Shown here piece by piece: positions 38,032 through 47,300 of a DNA stretch of 64,000 nt (the stretch's first letter is position 1; each line of letters opens with the position of its first letter). Under the pieces are notes generated by a model, which saw only the letters and a list, made by a program, of their open reading frames with translations, had not been told where the DNA came from and ran no database searches. Origin of the DNA: an uncultured bacterium (lineage in GTDB: Bacteria > Krumholzibacteriota > Krumholzibacteriia > Krumholzibacteriales > Krumholzibacteriaceae); contig CAWBAN010000003.1 of the NCBI GenBank assembly GCA_963786935.1, positions 32,001 to 96,000 of the forward strand, given 5' to 3'. The position numbers were made by a program, and so were the translations under genes.

Positions 38032-40740
38032 ATGGATTACGATGCGCTCGTCGTCGGCGGCGGGATCGCCGGCATGGAATCGGCGATCAACCTCGGCGAC
38101 ATGGGATACCGCGTGCTCCTCGTCGAGAAGGAGCCGAGCGTGGGGGGGAAGATGATCCTCCTCAGCAAGGTGTTTCCCACGCTCGACTGCGCCTCGTGCA
38201 TCTCGACGCCGAAGATGGCGCTCGCTGCGAGCCACCCGAACGTCGAGCTCAACGTCTACAGCGAGGTCAAAAACATCCGCCGGAACGCGGACGGCACGTT
38301 CAAGGCCACGGTCGTGCGGAAGCCCACCTTCGTCGATTTCGCCAAATGCACCGGCTGCCAGGACTGCGAGAAGGCCTGCTCGGTCACCGTGCCCGATAAT
38401 TTCAACTTCGATCTCGTCTCGCGGCGCGCCGCGTACATCGCGTTCCCGCAGGCCGTGCCGAAGAAGGCGGTCATCGATCGCGAGGGAACGTCCCCGTGCA
38501 CGTACGCCTGCCCCGCCGGCATCAAGGCGAACGGATACATCTCGCTCGCGCGCAGGGGGGATTTCGAAAAGGCGTTCGATCTGATCATGGAGGACGCCCC
38601 CCTCGTCGGGAGCCTCGGACGCGCCTGCTACGCTCCGTGCCAGCCCGAGTGCACCCGCGAGAAGATCGGCGACGCCCCCGAGATCAAGCTGCTGAAGCGA
38701 TTCATCGCCGACTGGTACTACGCGCGGCATCCCGAGCCCGCGTACGGAGCGCCCGAGGAGAAAACGGGGAAATCGGTCGCGATCGTCGGGTCGGGCCCGT
38801 CGGGGCTCACCGCGGCGTACTTCCTCGCGCGGCAGGGGCACCGAGTCGTCGTCTTCGAGGCGGGCGCGGAGACCGGCGGCATGCTCCGCACGGGGCTTCC
38901 CGCCTACCGCCTGCCGAAGGACGTCGTCGACCGGGACATGAAGAACGTGACGGCGCTCGGCGTCGAGATCAAGACCGGCGCCAAGGTCGAATCGCTCTCG
39001 AAGCTCCGCTCGGAGGGCTTCGACGCGGTGTTCATCTCGGTCGGCGCACCCATCCCGAGGAAGCTCCGCGTGGAGGGGGAGGACCATCCGGGCGTCACGA
39101 GCGGGATCGCGCTCCTCGCGGACGCGGCGCTCGGCGTCCCGGTCGATCTCTCCGGCAAGCGCGTCCTCGTCGTCGGCGGCGGCAACGTCGCCATCGACGT
39201 CGCGCGGACGGCCCGGCGGCTGCACGCGCGCGAGGTGCACATGATGTGCCTCGAGAAGCGCCACGAGATGCCCGCGGCGAAGGAAGAGATCCACGAGGCC
39301 CTCGAAGAGGGGATCGTGATCCACGACGGGCTCGGTCCGAAGCGCATCGTCGTCGCGGGCGACGCCGTCACGGGGATCGAGGCGAAGCGCTGCACGTCGG
39401 TTTTCGACGAGCGCGGCGCGTTCGCCCCGAAGTTCGACGAGCGCTCGATCAAAACGCTCCCCGCCGACGTCATCTTCGTCGCCATCGGACAGGTGTCGCC
39501 CACGGCGGGATTCGCCGCCGACGGCGTCCAGCTCAATCCCAATACGACGATCAAGGCCGGCGAGCGGACCCTCATGACGAGCGTTTCGGGTATCTTCGCG
39601 GGCGGCGAAGCGGTGACCGGACCCTCGATGATCGTGAAGGCGATCGCTCAGGGGAAGCGCGCCGCGTTCCACATCGACCGCTTCCTGCGGGGTGAGGCGC
39701 TCGACGCGGCGGAATTCGAGCCGAAGCTTGCCGTGATGGGCAAAGAAACCGTCCTCGCGCGCCAGACGGCGTACCCGTCGGTCCGCGTCGAGAAGCGGGC
39801 GAAACCGACGCACCTCCGCGTGGACGATTTCAGCGAGGTGCAGGAGCCCCTCACGGAGGAAGAAGCCCTCGCGAGCGCCTCGAACTGCCTCAACTGCGGG
39901 ATCTGCAGCGAATGCCACCAGTGCAGGAACGTCTGCCCGGCGGACGCGGTCGATTTCGACATGCGGGCGGTCGAGCGGGAGATCGAGGTGGGCTCGGTGG
40001 TCGTCTCGACGGGATTCCGGCTCTTCCCCGGCGAGCTCATGGAGCGCTACGGCTACGGGAAATATAAAAATGTCATCACGGCGATGCAGATGGACCGGCT
40101 CGTCGCCCCGACGCGCCCCTTCAATTACGTGATGAGGCCGGGGGACGGGAAGAAGCCCGCCAACATCGCCTACGTCTTCTGCGCGGGCTCGCGCGACCGC
40201 ACGGTGAATAATCCCATCTGTTCCCGCGTCTGCTGCATGTACTCGATAAAACAGGCGCAGCTCCTCCTCGGCGCGCTGCCCGTCGCCGACATCACGATGT
40301 ACTACATCGACATCCGCGCCTTCGGCAAGGGGTACGACGAGTTCTACGAGCAGACGAAGGCGATGGGGGTGCGCTTCGTGAAGGGGAAGGTCGCGAAGAT
40401 CACGGAAAAGGACGGGGGAGAGCTCGTGCTCCGCTACGAGGACATCGACGCCGGCGGCGCGATCCGCGAGGCGGAACACGATCTCGTCGTCCTCTCGGTC
40501 GGATTCACGCCGAATCCCGAATTCATGCGCCTCTTCGACGGCGCCCCGCTCGAGCGGGACGACATGCTCTTCGTGCGCGAGCCCGAGGAGCACGTGAGCC
40601 CCGCCAAGACGAGCATCGAGGGCGTCTTCGCGGCCGGCGCGGCGACCGGGCCGATGGACATCCCCGACACGATTCTCCACTCGGGCGCGGCGGCGGCGCA
40701 GGCCGCCTCCTACATCGAGGGGCTCAAGAGGAAGCGATGA
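38032..40740 (+). CDS. HdrA/QmoA-like flavoprotein with inserted GltD-like NAD(P)H oxidoreductase module (HdrL type)
   Basis: GGGIAG, KVFPTLDCASC, CTGCQDCEKAC; insert CTYACP, GRACYAPCQPEC, GSGPSG, GGGNVA; then CLNCGICSECHQCRNVCP, CAGSRD, CSRVCC. Confidence 0.9.
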   Translation: MDYDALVVGGGIAGMESAINLGDMGYRVLLVEKEPSVGGKMILLSKVFPTLDCASCISTPKMALAASHPNVELNVYSEVKNIRRNADGTFKATVVRKPTFVDFAKCTGCQDCEKACSVTVPDNFNFDLVSRRAAYIAFPQAVPKKAVIDREGTSPCTYACPAGIKANGYISLARRGDFEKAFDLIMEDAPLVGSLGRACYAPCQPECTREKIGDAPEIKLLKRFIADWYYARHPEPAYGAPEEKTGKSVAIVGSGPSGLTAAYFLARQGHRVVVFEAGAETGGMLRTGLPAYRLPKDVVDRDMKNVTALGVEIKTGAKVESLSKLRSEGFDAVFISVGAPIPRKLRVEGEDHPGVTSGIALLADAALGVPVDLSGKRVLVVGGGNVAIDVARTARRLHAREVHMMCLEKRHEMPAAKEEIHEALEEGIVIHDGLGPKRIVVAGDAVTGIEAKRCTSVFDERGAFAPKFDERSIKTLPADVIFVAIGQVSPTAGFAADGVQLNPNTTIKAGERTLMTSVSGIFAGGEAVTGPSMIVKAIAQGKRAAFHIDRFLRGEALDAAEFEPKLAVMGKETVLARQTAYPSVRVEKRAKPTHLRVDDFSEVQEPLTEEEALASASNCLNCGICSECHQCRNVCPADAVDFDMRAVEREIEVGSVVVSTGFRLFPGELMERYGYGKYKNVITAMQMDRLVAPTRPFNYVMRPGDGKKPANIAYVFCAGSRDRTVNNPICSRVCCMYSIKQAQLLLGALPVADITMYYIDIRAFGKGYDEFYEQTKAMGVRFVKGKVAKITEKDGGELVLRYEDIDAGGAIREAEHDLVVLSVGFTPNPEFMRLFDGAPLERDDMLFVREPEEHVSPAKTSIEGVFAAGAATGPMDIPDTILHSGAAAAQAASYIEGLKRKR

Positions 40741-42515
40741 GCGAAGAAGGAAAGAGAATCGGCGTCTACATCTGCCACTGCGGCGGCAACATCGCCGACT
40801 ACGTCGACGTCGACAAGGTCCGCGAGTCCGTCGAGAAGGAGCTCGGTGTCAAGGTCGCCACAACCTCCCTCTTCACCTGCTCCGACGCCTCGCAGCAGGA
40901 GATGAGGAAGGACATCGAGGATCAGAAGCTCGATGGAATGGTCGTCGCCTCCTGCTCGCCGAAGCTGCACCTCATGACCTTCCGCAACGTCGCCAAACGC
41001 TCGGGCATGAATCCCTTCCAGTACGTGCAGGTCAATATCAGGGAGCAGTGCTCGTGGGCGCATTCGGACGACAAGGAAGGCGCGACCTGCAAGGCGATCG
41101 GGCTCGTGCGCGGGGGGATCGAGAAGGCGATGCGGGCCGAGCCGCTCGAGCCGATCCGCGTGACGTCGGTCAAGAAGGTCCTCGTCATCGGGGCGGGCAT
41201 CGCGGGTCTCAGGGCGGCGATCGAGGCCGCCGATCTCGGCGTCGAGGTGTTCCTCATCGAGCGCGAGGCCGCGGCCGGCGGGCATGTCGCCGGGCTCGGC
41301 GAGATGTATCCGACGGGGAAAAACGGCGCCGATATCGTCAAGGGGCTCCTCGACGGAATCAGGAAACGGAGCAACATCACGCTCTTCACCGGCGCGGAGC
41401 TCGTGGAGAAGCAGGGGCATATCGGCGATTTCGAGGTGAAGATCAGGATCGGCGCGGGCGCCGCGGGGAGCGCCCCGGCACGGGCGGCCGCGCGCCCCGA
41501 GGAAACGATCTCCCTCAACGTCGGCGCTATCATCGTCGCGACCGGCTTCGACGTGTACCGGCCGAAGCGGGACGAATACGGCTTCGGCCTCGACGGGGTC
41601 GTCACCCTCGACGAATTCGAAAAAATGATTCAGGGCGCGGGCGGCCGCCTCGAGCGCGGCGGCCGTGAAGTGAAAACGATCGCGTTCATCTACTGCGTGG
41701 GGAGCAGGCAGGGGGCCGAGGTCGAAGGCGCGAACCAATACTGCTCGCGCTACTGCTGCAGCGCGGTGGTGCACGCGTCGAACCTCGCGATGCGGAAATT
41801 CCCCGGCCTGCGGACGGCGCACCTCTATCGCGACATCCGGACCTACGGCAAATTCGAGCTCCTCTACGAGGAGGCGTCGAAGAGCGGCGCCGTTTTCGCG
41901 CGGTTCGGCGAAGCGGAGCCGCCGACGGTGCGCGGGGAGAACGGCGCCCTCGTCGTCGCCGTGAAGGACCTGCTCACCGGCGGCGAGGAGATCGAGATCG
42001 CCGCCGATCTCGTCGTGTTGGCGAGCGGCATGGTGCCGCGGCGGAACGACGGCCTTACGACGACGCTCAAGCTTCCCATCGGCACCGACCGCTTTTACAA
42101 CGAGATTCACGCGAAGCTCCGCCCCGTCGAGACGGTGATCGACGGCGTCTACATCGCGGGCTCGTGCCAGGGGCCCAAGAACTCGACGGAGAGCGTCGTC
42201 GCCTCGCTCTCGGCCGTCTCGAAGGCTGCCGCGCTCCTCGTCAAGGGTTACGTCGACCTCCAGCCGTTCGTCGCGTACGTGATGAACGACCGGTGCGTCT
42301 GGTGCGGCGAGTGCGAGAAGGCGTGCCCCTATTCGGCCATCGAGAAGATCGCGTACGGCGACAAGGAAGTCGCCCGCGTCGTCGACGTGCTCTGCAAGGG
42401 CTGCGGCGCCTGCGTCCCCGTGTGCCCGAAGGACGCGACCCAGCTCAAGGGCTCGACCGACGGCCAGATCACGGCGATGATAGACGCGTTCGCGCGGGAG
42501 GCGGCCGGTGTCTGA
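40737..42515 (+). CDS. hdrA: HdrA/QmoB-like flavoprotein
   Basis: RIGVYICHCGGNI, VASCSP, NIREQCSW, GAGIAG, CVGSR, CSRYCC, HAKLRPVET, two C-terminal CxxCxxCxxxCP motifs. Confidence 0.9.
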   Translation: MSEEGKRIGVYICHCGGNIADYVDVDKVRESVEKELGVKVATTSLFTCSDASQQEMRKDIEDQKLDGMVVASCSPKLHLMTFRNVAKRSGMNPFQYVQVNIREQCSWAHSDDKEGATCKAIGLVRGGIEKAMRAEPLEPIRVTSVKKVLVIGAGIAGLRAAIEAADLGVEVFLIEREAAAGGHVAGLGEMYPTGKNGADIVKGLLDGIRKRSNITLFTGAELVEKQGHIGDFEVKIRIGAGAAGSAPARAAARPEETISLNVGAIIVATGFDVYRPKRDEYGFGLDGVVTLDEFEKMIQGAGGRLERGGREVKTIAFIYCVGSRQGAEVEGANQYCSRYCCSAVVHASNLAMRKFPGLRTAHLYRDIRTYGKFELLYEEASKSGAVFARFGEAEPPTVRGENGALVVAVKDLLTGGEEIEIAADLVVLASGMVPRRNDGLTTTLKLPIGTDRFYNEIHAKLRPVETVIDGVYIAGSCQGPKNSTESVVASLSAVSKAAALLVKGYVDLQPFVAYVMNDRCVWCGECEKACPYSAIEKIAYGDKEVARVVDVLCKGCGACVPVCPKDATQLKGSTDGQITAMIDAFAREAAGV

Positions 42516-42783
42516 TAACGCGGACAAGAGATTTCCGGAGAGCGATTCGATCAAGGGAGAGCGGCGCCAGACCGCCCGGCAGGAATATACGATACGTGCG
42601 AAGATGCTCGACGTTCTCCGCGGCGGCCCGAAGACGATCCCCGAGATCGCCGCCGCCCTGAGCATCGCGCCGCACGAGGCGACGTGGTGGCTCATGGGAT
42701 ACGTGCGGTACGGGTTCGTCGCCGCCACCGAAGAAACGACCGACGAAGGCTATTACAAATATAAAATCGTGGAAGGGAAATAA
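42508..42783 (+). CDS. Small winged-helix-like protein
   Basis: LRGGPKTIPEIAAAL...LMGYVRYGFV...YYKY; translationally coupled within the operon. Confidence 0.75.
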   Translation: MSDNADKRFPESDSIKGERRQTARQEYTIRAKMLDVLRGGPKTIPEIAAALSIAPHEATWWLMGYVRYGFVAATEETTDEGYYKYKIVEGK

Positions 42784-42785
42784 CG

Positions 42786-43865
42786 ATGGAGCGGGCGAAT
42801 CTCGATTTCGTCGACAGCGTGAAGAAGCTCGGCGCTCCCGATCTCGCCGCGTGCTACAGCTGCGGCACGTGCAGCGCGGTCTGCCCGCTCTCCGAGGGGG
42901 AGCTCTCCTTCCCGCGGAAGATGATCCGCTACTCGCTCCTCGGGCTCGAAGGCAGGATCCTCTCGTCCCCCGAGCCGTGGCTCTGCTACTACTGCGGCGA
43001 ATGCAGCAAGACGTGCCCCCGCGAGGCCGATCCGGGCGCGCTCATGATGGCGCTCCGGCGGTTCACGATCCGCAGGTACTCGATCGGCCGCGTCGCGGAC
43101 GCGTTCTATTCGGCGTTCGCCTCCGGCATCGCATGGATTGTCCTCGCCGCGATCGCGATCGCCCTGATCGTCGTCTTCCACAATCCCGCGATGGACCGCG
43201 AGAAGGTCGATTTCCTCTCGTTCATCCCGCTCGAGGACATCCACGTCGCCGGAATCGCGATCGTCGTCCTCATCATGGCGGCGTTTCTCGGCAACGTCTG
43301 GATCATGTACCGCTCGATGAAAAAGGGGCGGCACGGCGCCGCGTTCACGATGGACAATCTCAAGCGCTCCTCGCTCGGCGCGATCCGCGAGATCGCATTC
43401 CAGAAGCGCTTCGGCGAGTGCGAGGACGACAGGTTCCGCCGCTGGGCGCACCTCGCCGTCTCGGCGGGATTCATGGGGATGTTTCTGGCGACCTGCATCA
43501 TCGCGGCGGTCGACTTCAAGTGGATTCCGCTCCCGCGCTGGGTATCGCTCGCGATCGGCTCGGTCTCGGGAGCGGCGGCCATGTTCGGGCTCGGCTATTA
43601 CATGAACATGCGCTTGAAGCGTCGGGGTGAATACGCGAAACGCTCCCACCATTCGGACTGGGTCTTCCTGATGCTGCTCGTGCTCTCCGTCGTGAGCGGC
43701 TACGTGATGCTCGCGTTCAGGTTCCTGCAGATGCCCATGGCCGCGTACGGGGCGTTTGCCATTCATCTCGTTTTCGTGTTTAATCTTCTCATGTCGGTGC
43801 CCTTCACCAAATTCGCGCACGTGGTGTACCGGCCGGTCGCCCTGTGGCTCGCCGGGGTGAAATAG
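42786..43865 (+). CDS. QmoC-like protein (HdrC-type 2x[4Fe-4S] domain plus heme b membrane domain)
   Basis: CYSCGTCSAVCP, PWLCYYCGECSKTCP, about 6 TM segments with His in RWAH, AIHL and PFTKFAH. Confidence 0.85.
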   Translation: MERANLDFVDSVKKLGAPDLAACYSCGTCSAVCPLSEGELSFPRKMIRYSLLGLEGRILSSPEPWLCYYCGECSKTCPREADPGALMMALRRFTIRRYSIGRVADAFYSAFASGIAWIVLAAIAIALIVVFHNPAMDREKVDFLSFIPLEDIHVAGIAIVVLIMAAFLGNVWIMYRSMKKGRHGAAFTMDNLKRSSLGAIREIAFQKRFGECEDDRFRRWAHLAVSAGFMGMFLATCIIAAVDFKWIPLPRWVSLAIGSVSGAAAMFGLGYYMNMRLKRRGEYAKRSHHSDWVFLMLLVLSVVSGYVMLAFRFLQMPMAAYGAFAIHLVFVFNLLMSVPFTKFAHVVYRPVALWLAGVK

Positions 43866-43888
43866 ACGTTCGGTAAGGAGGAATTCGA

Positions 43889-44371
43889 ATGAGCGACGGA
43901 ACGGCTCCCGATAAGGCGAGCATCATCGTCATGAGCGGCGACATGGACAAGGTCATGGGCGCCTTCATCATCGCGAACGGCGCCGCCGCGTTCGACATGA
44001 AGGTCACGATGTTCTTCACCTTCTGGGGCCTCAAGGCGATCCAGAAGGGGAACCTCACCGGGAAGAGCCTCATGGGGCGAATGCTCGGCGTCATGAACCG
44101 CGGCGGCCTCGAGGCGATCGGACCGTCCCGGCTCAACATGGGCGGCATGGGCCGCTGGATGTTCAAGAAGATGATGAAGAATCACAAGGTCATGCCGCTC
44201 CCGGCCCTCGTGAAGCAGGCGCAGGAGCAGGGCGTTCGCCTCGTCGCCTGCGACATGAGCATGAGCGTGATGGAGATCTCCAAAGCGGATCTCATCGAAG
44301 GCGTCGAGATCGGAGGCGTGGCGACCTTCATCGGCGAGGCGATGGACTCGAAGTTCTCCCTCTTTATCTGA
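43889..44371 (+). CDS. DsrE2/DrsH-family sulfur relay protein
   Basis: SGDMDK..AFIIANGAAA, MFFTFWGL, ACDMSM, GGVATF. Confidence 0.9.
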   Translation: MSDGTAPDKASIIVMSGDMDKVMGAFIIANGAAAFDMKVTMFFTFWGLKAIQKGNLTGKSLMGRMLGVMNRGGLEAIGPSRLNMGGMGRWMFKKMMKNHKVMPLPALVKQAQEQGVRLVACDMSMSVMEISKADLIEGVEIGGVATFIGEAMDSKFSLFI

Positions 44372-47300
44372 CGAGCACCATCTTGCGCGACAGCGTCTCG
44401 CGTCCCGCGGTCAGCCGGTAGATGTAGAGGCCGGCGGCCGCGGGCCGTCCCGACTCGGCAGCGCCGTTCCACACGGCGCTGTGGTTTCCCCGCTCCTCGG
44501 TCTTATCCACGAGACAGGCGACGCGGCGTCCCGAGACGTCGAAGATCTCGAGCCGCACGCGGCCCGATTCGGGGATATAGTACGAAATCGTCGTGGATGG
44601 GTTGAACGGGTTCGGCCAGTTCTGCTCGAGCGCGAGCGGCATCGCGGGAATGGCGATGCGATCCGTCTCGAAGAGAACGTGCGATCCGGAGCCGTCCGTG
44701 TACTCCACCCGGTAGCGGTACGCCTTGCCCGGCACGACGCTCCCGTCACGGTAGGTGAACAAGAGCCCGTCGGCCTCGATGTCGGAGGATGGAACGCCGT
44801 ACGCCGCCGCTCCTTCCTCACGCCGGGAAACGCCGAAGCGCACGTCTCCGTCCATGCGGCTCAGCCGCCACGTGACGCTCACCGCGCCGTCTCCGTACGA
44901 GGAGGCGGACTCCTGGAGGAGCGTGGCGACGGGAGGAGCGTTGCAGCTCAGGTCGCTGATGACCGTCCCCGTCTCGATCGGGTATCCAGTGGCGCAGTTG
45001 GCGAAGAGTGCCCCCGCGTTGAGCCTGACCACGGATGGATTGAGATTGAGCACGAAGAGGTTCTGCGTGACGGCCCAGGTCCATCCGTCGCAGCACGCTC
45101 CGAAGGCGAGGCTCAAATCCGTGTTGATGCTTCCAAGAGTGACGGTGATGGCCGGATTGAACGTCACGGTCATCGCGATGATGTTGGCCGGGTAGGTGAC
45201 GCTGAACTCCGCCGCCATCATGCCGGCGTCTCCGGGGAGGCACCAGACCCACATCGGGAGGATCGTATAAGGGGCCGTGGGATTGATCGCGTTGGTCGAA
45301 TGGAACTCGTCCGCGTACAGCCCGATGAATCCCGTGCCGCTCGGAGGCCCGTACGGCGTGGAGAAGCTCGCCTCGCTCCCGGGGGCGATCGGGTTCCCCG
45401 CGTGGTCCGTGACGTTCGACACGCTCACCTTGTACGTGGCGCCCGCCTCGAGATTGGCGCTGAGATGGAGCCCCGCCGTCAGGCTGTTGGGCCGCTCGAC
45501 GGACTCCGGATGGAAGGACGGGCCCGAGAAGCTGACGGGACTGATCGTGTAATTCGTCGTCACGACGGCGGTCGCCGTGGTGACCGGCTCGCTGAACGCG
45601 ATCCGCACGTACGAGAGGGTCGTCGCCTCGGCCCCGCTCAACTGCGGCGGAATCAAATCCGGCCGGCTGATCTGGACGACGCTGAGCGCCGGGATGGGAT
45701 TTCCCGCGCGGTCGACGACTCCCGACACGGCGAGCGAGTACATGATTCCCTCCTGCAGCGTTCCGCCGAGCGTCAGGAGCACGTACATCGAATCGCTCTG
45801 GAGCGCGGCGCTCGACACGGGAACCGTGGCGCTCGAATTCGCCGTCTCGTAGACGAGGTAGTGGGCCGGGTCCTGCGCCGTGGCGGCGTCGAGCTTCTCG
45901 CTGAAGCGGGCGAGCACCTCCGTGTTCACCGAGGAGTGCGCCGAGATGAGCGCCGGCGGGGTCGCGTCCGTGAAGGTGAAGGAGCGCGAGGTCCCCGGCG
46001 GCATGACGTTCTCTGCGCGATCGGTGAGGTTGCTCATCGAGATCGTGTAGTTGACCCCGGCCGTCATATCGGCCGCGAGGACGAGCCCGATGCGCGACGA
46101 ATCGGGCATCAGCGCCGCGGTCGCGATCCCGATCACGTGAGCCGGATCGGCCGTCTCGAAGAGCAGGTAGTTCGATTCGTCCTCCGCCGTGCTCCTCGCG
46201 ATCGGCTCGTCGAAGGCGAGCTCGACCGTCGCCGCCGAGGTCGGCGTGACTCCCGTCAGGACCGGCGGGAACGTGTCGGGGTAGATCGTGGTGATCGTCG
46301 CGGTGGTGATGGCGTTTCCCTTCAGGTCCCGCACATTCTGAATGCGGATCGTGTAGTCGACATCGAGCTTCATCGCGGCGCCGAGGGAGAGCCGCACCGC
46401 ATCCCCTCCGGCTTCGAGCTCCGCACTCGAGACGGGGAGATATATCGCGCTGGTCGCCGTCTCGAACATGCGGTAGTTCGCCTTCGTCTCCGCCGCGGTT
46501 TCTTCCAGCTGCTCGTTGAATCCCACCCTGACGAAGGAGCGGCTGAGAGGAGCGGCCGAGAGCGGAACGGGCGCGTAGGTGTCGTGCCACATGAAGACCA
46601 TCCACGTGACGACGGACAGCACATTCCCGTGGAGGTCATGGATATTGTTCGTCCGAAGCAGGTACTCGACCTCGAGGCTGAGGTCGGCGCCGAGAGAGAG
46701 CTGCACGAACCTCCGGTCGGGCTGCAGGACGGCGGCGGTGACGGGGACGGTCGTCGTCGTGCCGGTCAGCTCGATTTCGTAGTTGCTCGTGAGCTCGGCG
46801 GAGGAAGCTTGGACCTCCTCGTTGAATCGCACCTGCACGAGGCGCGCCCCGAGCGCCTCGACCGCCACGAGGAACGGAGGGCTCGTGTCGGCGACCATGA
46901 AGCTGGCCGTATTGTAGGTCGGCGAAATGATGTTCCCGGCGAAGTCGGTGACGTTCGTCACCTTGACGGTGAGCGTGACCTGCGTCGGGAGGAGGTTCAG
47001 GTTGTCGAACGAGAGAACGACGCGCTTCGGCTCGGCGATGACCGCCCGGTACGCGTAGGAAGGCACGAGCGTGCCGTACCGGTAGATCCGGTAGTTGTTC
47101 GGATTCGTCGCCGTCGCCGGGCGGACCGGCTCGTTGAACACGATCGTGAGGAGGCTGTCGGCGGACGCCGAAGCGCTCACGACCTGCGGCGGATCGCTGT
47201 CGATCGAGGAGAACACGGCGGTGCTCCACGACGGGACCGCATTCCCCCACGGATCGTAGACGCCGGGCGCGCGAACGACGTACTGGGCGCCCGAGATGAG

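Noticed and set aside
38032..42515. Selenocysteine readthrough in the HdrA-like genes
   Set aside because: Both frames are open without in-frame TGA, and the Cys motifs are complete.
38032..43865. Canonical QmoABC indicating sulfate reduction, or methanogen-type HdrABC
   Set aside because: No aprAB, sat, dsr or hdrB in the window, and the architecture differs (GltD insert, separate atypical MvhD).
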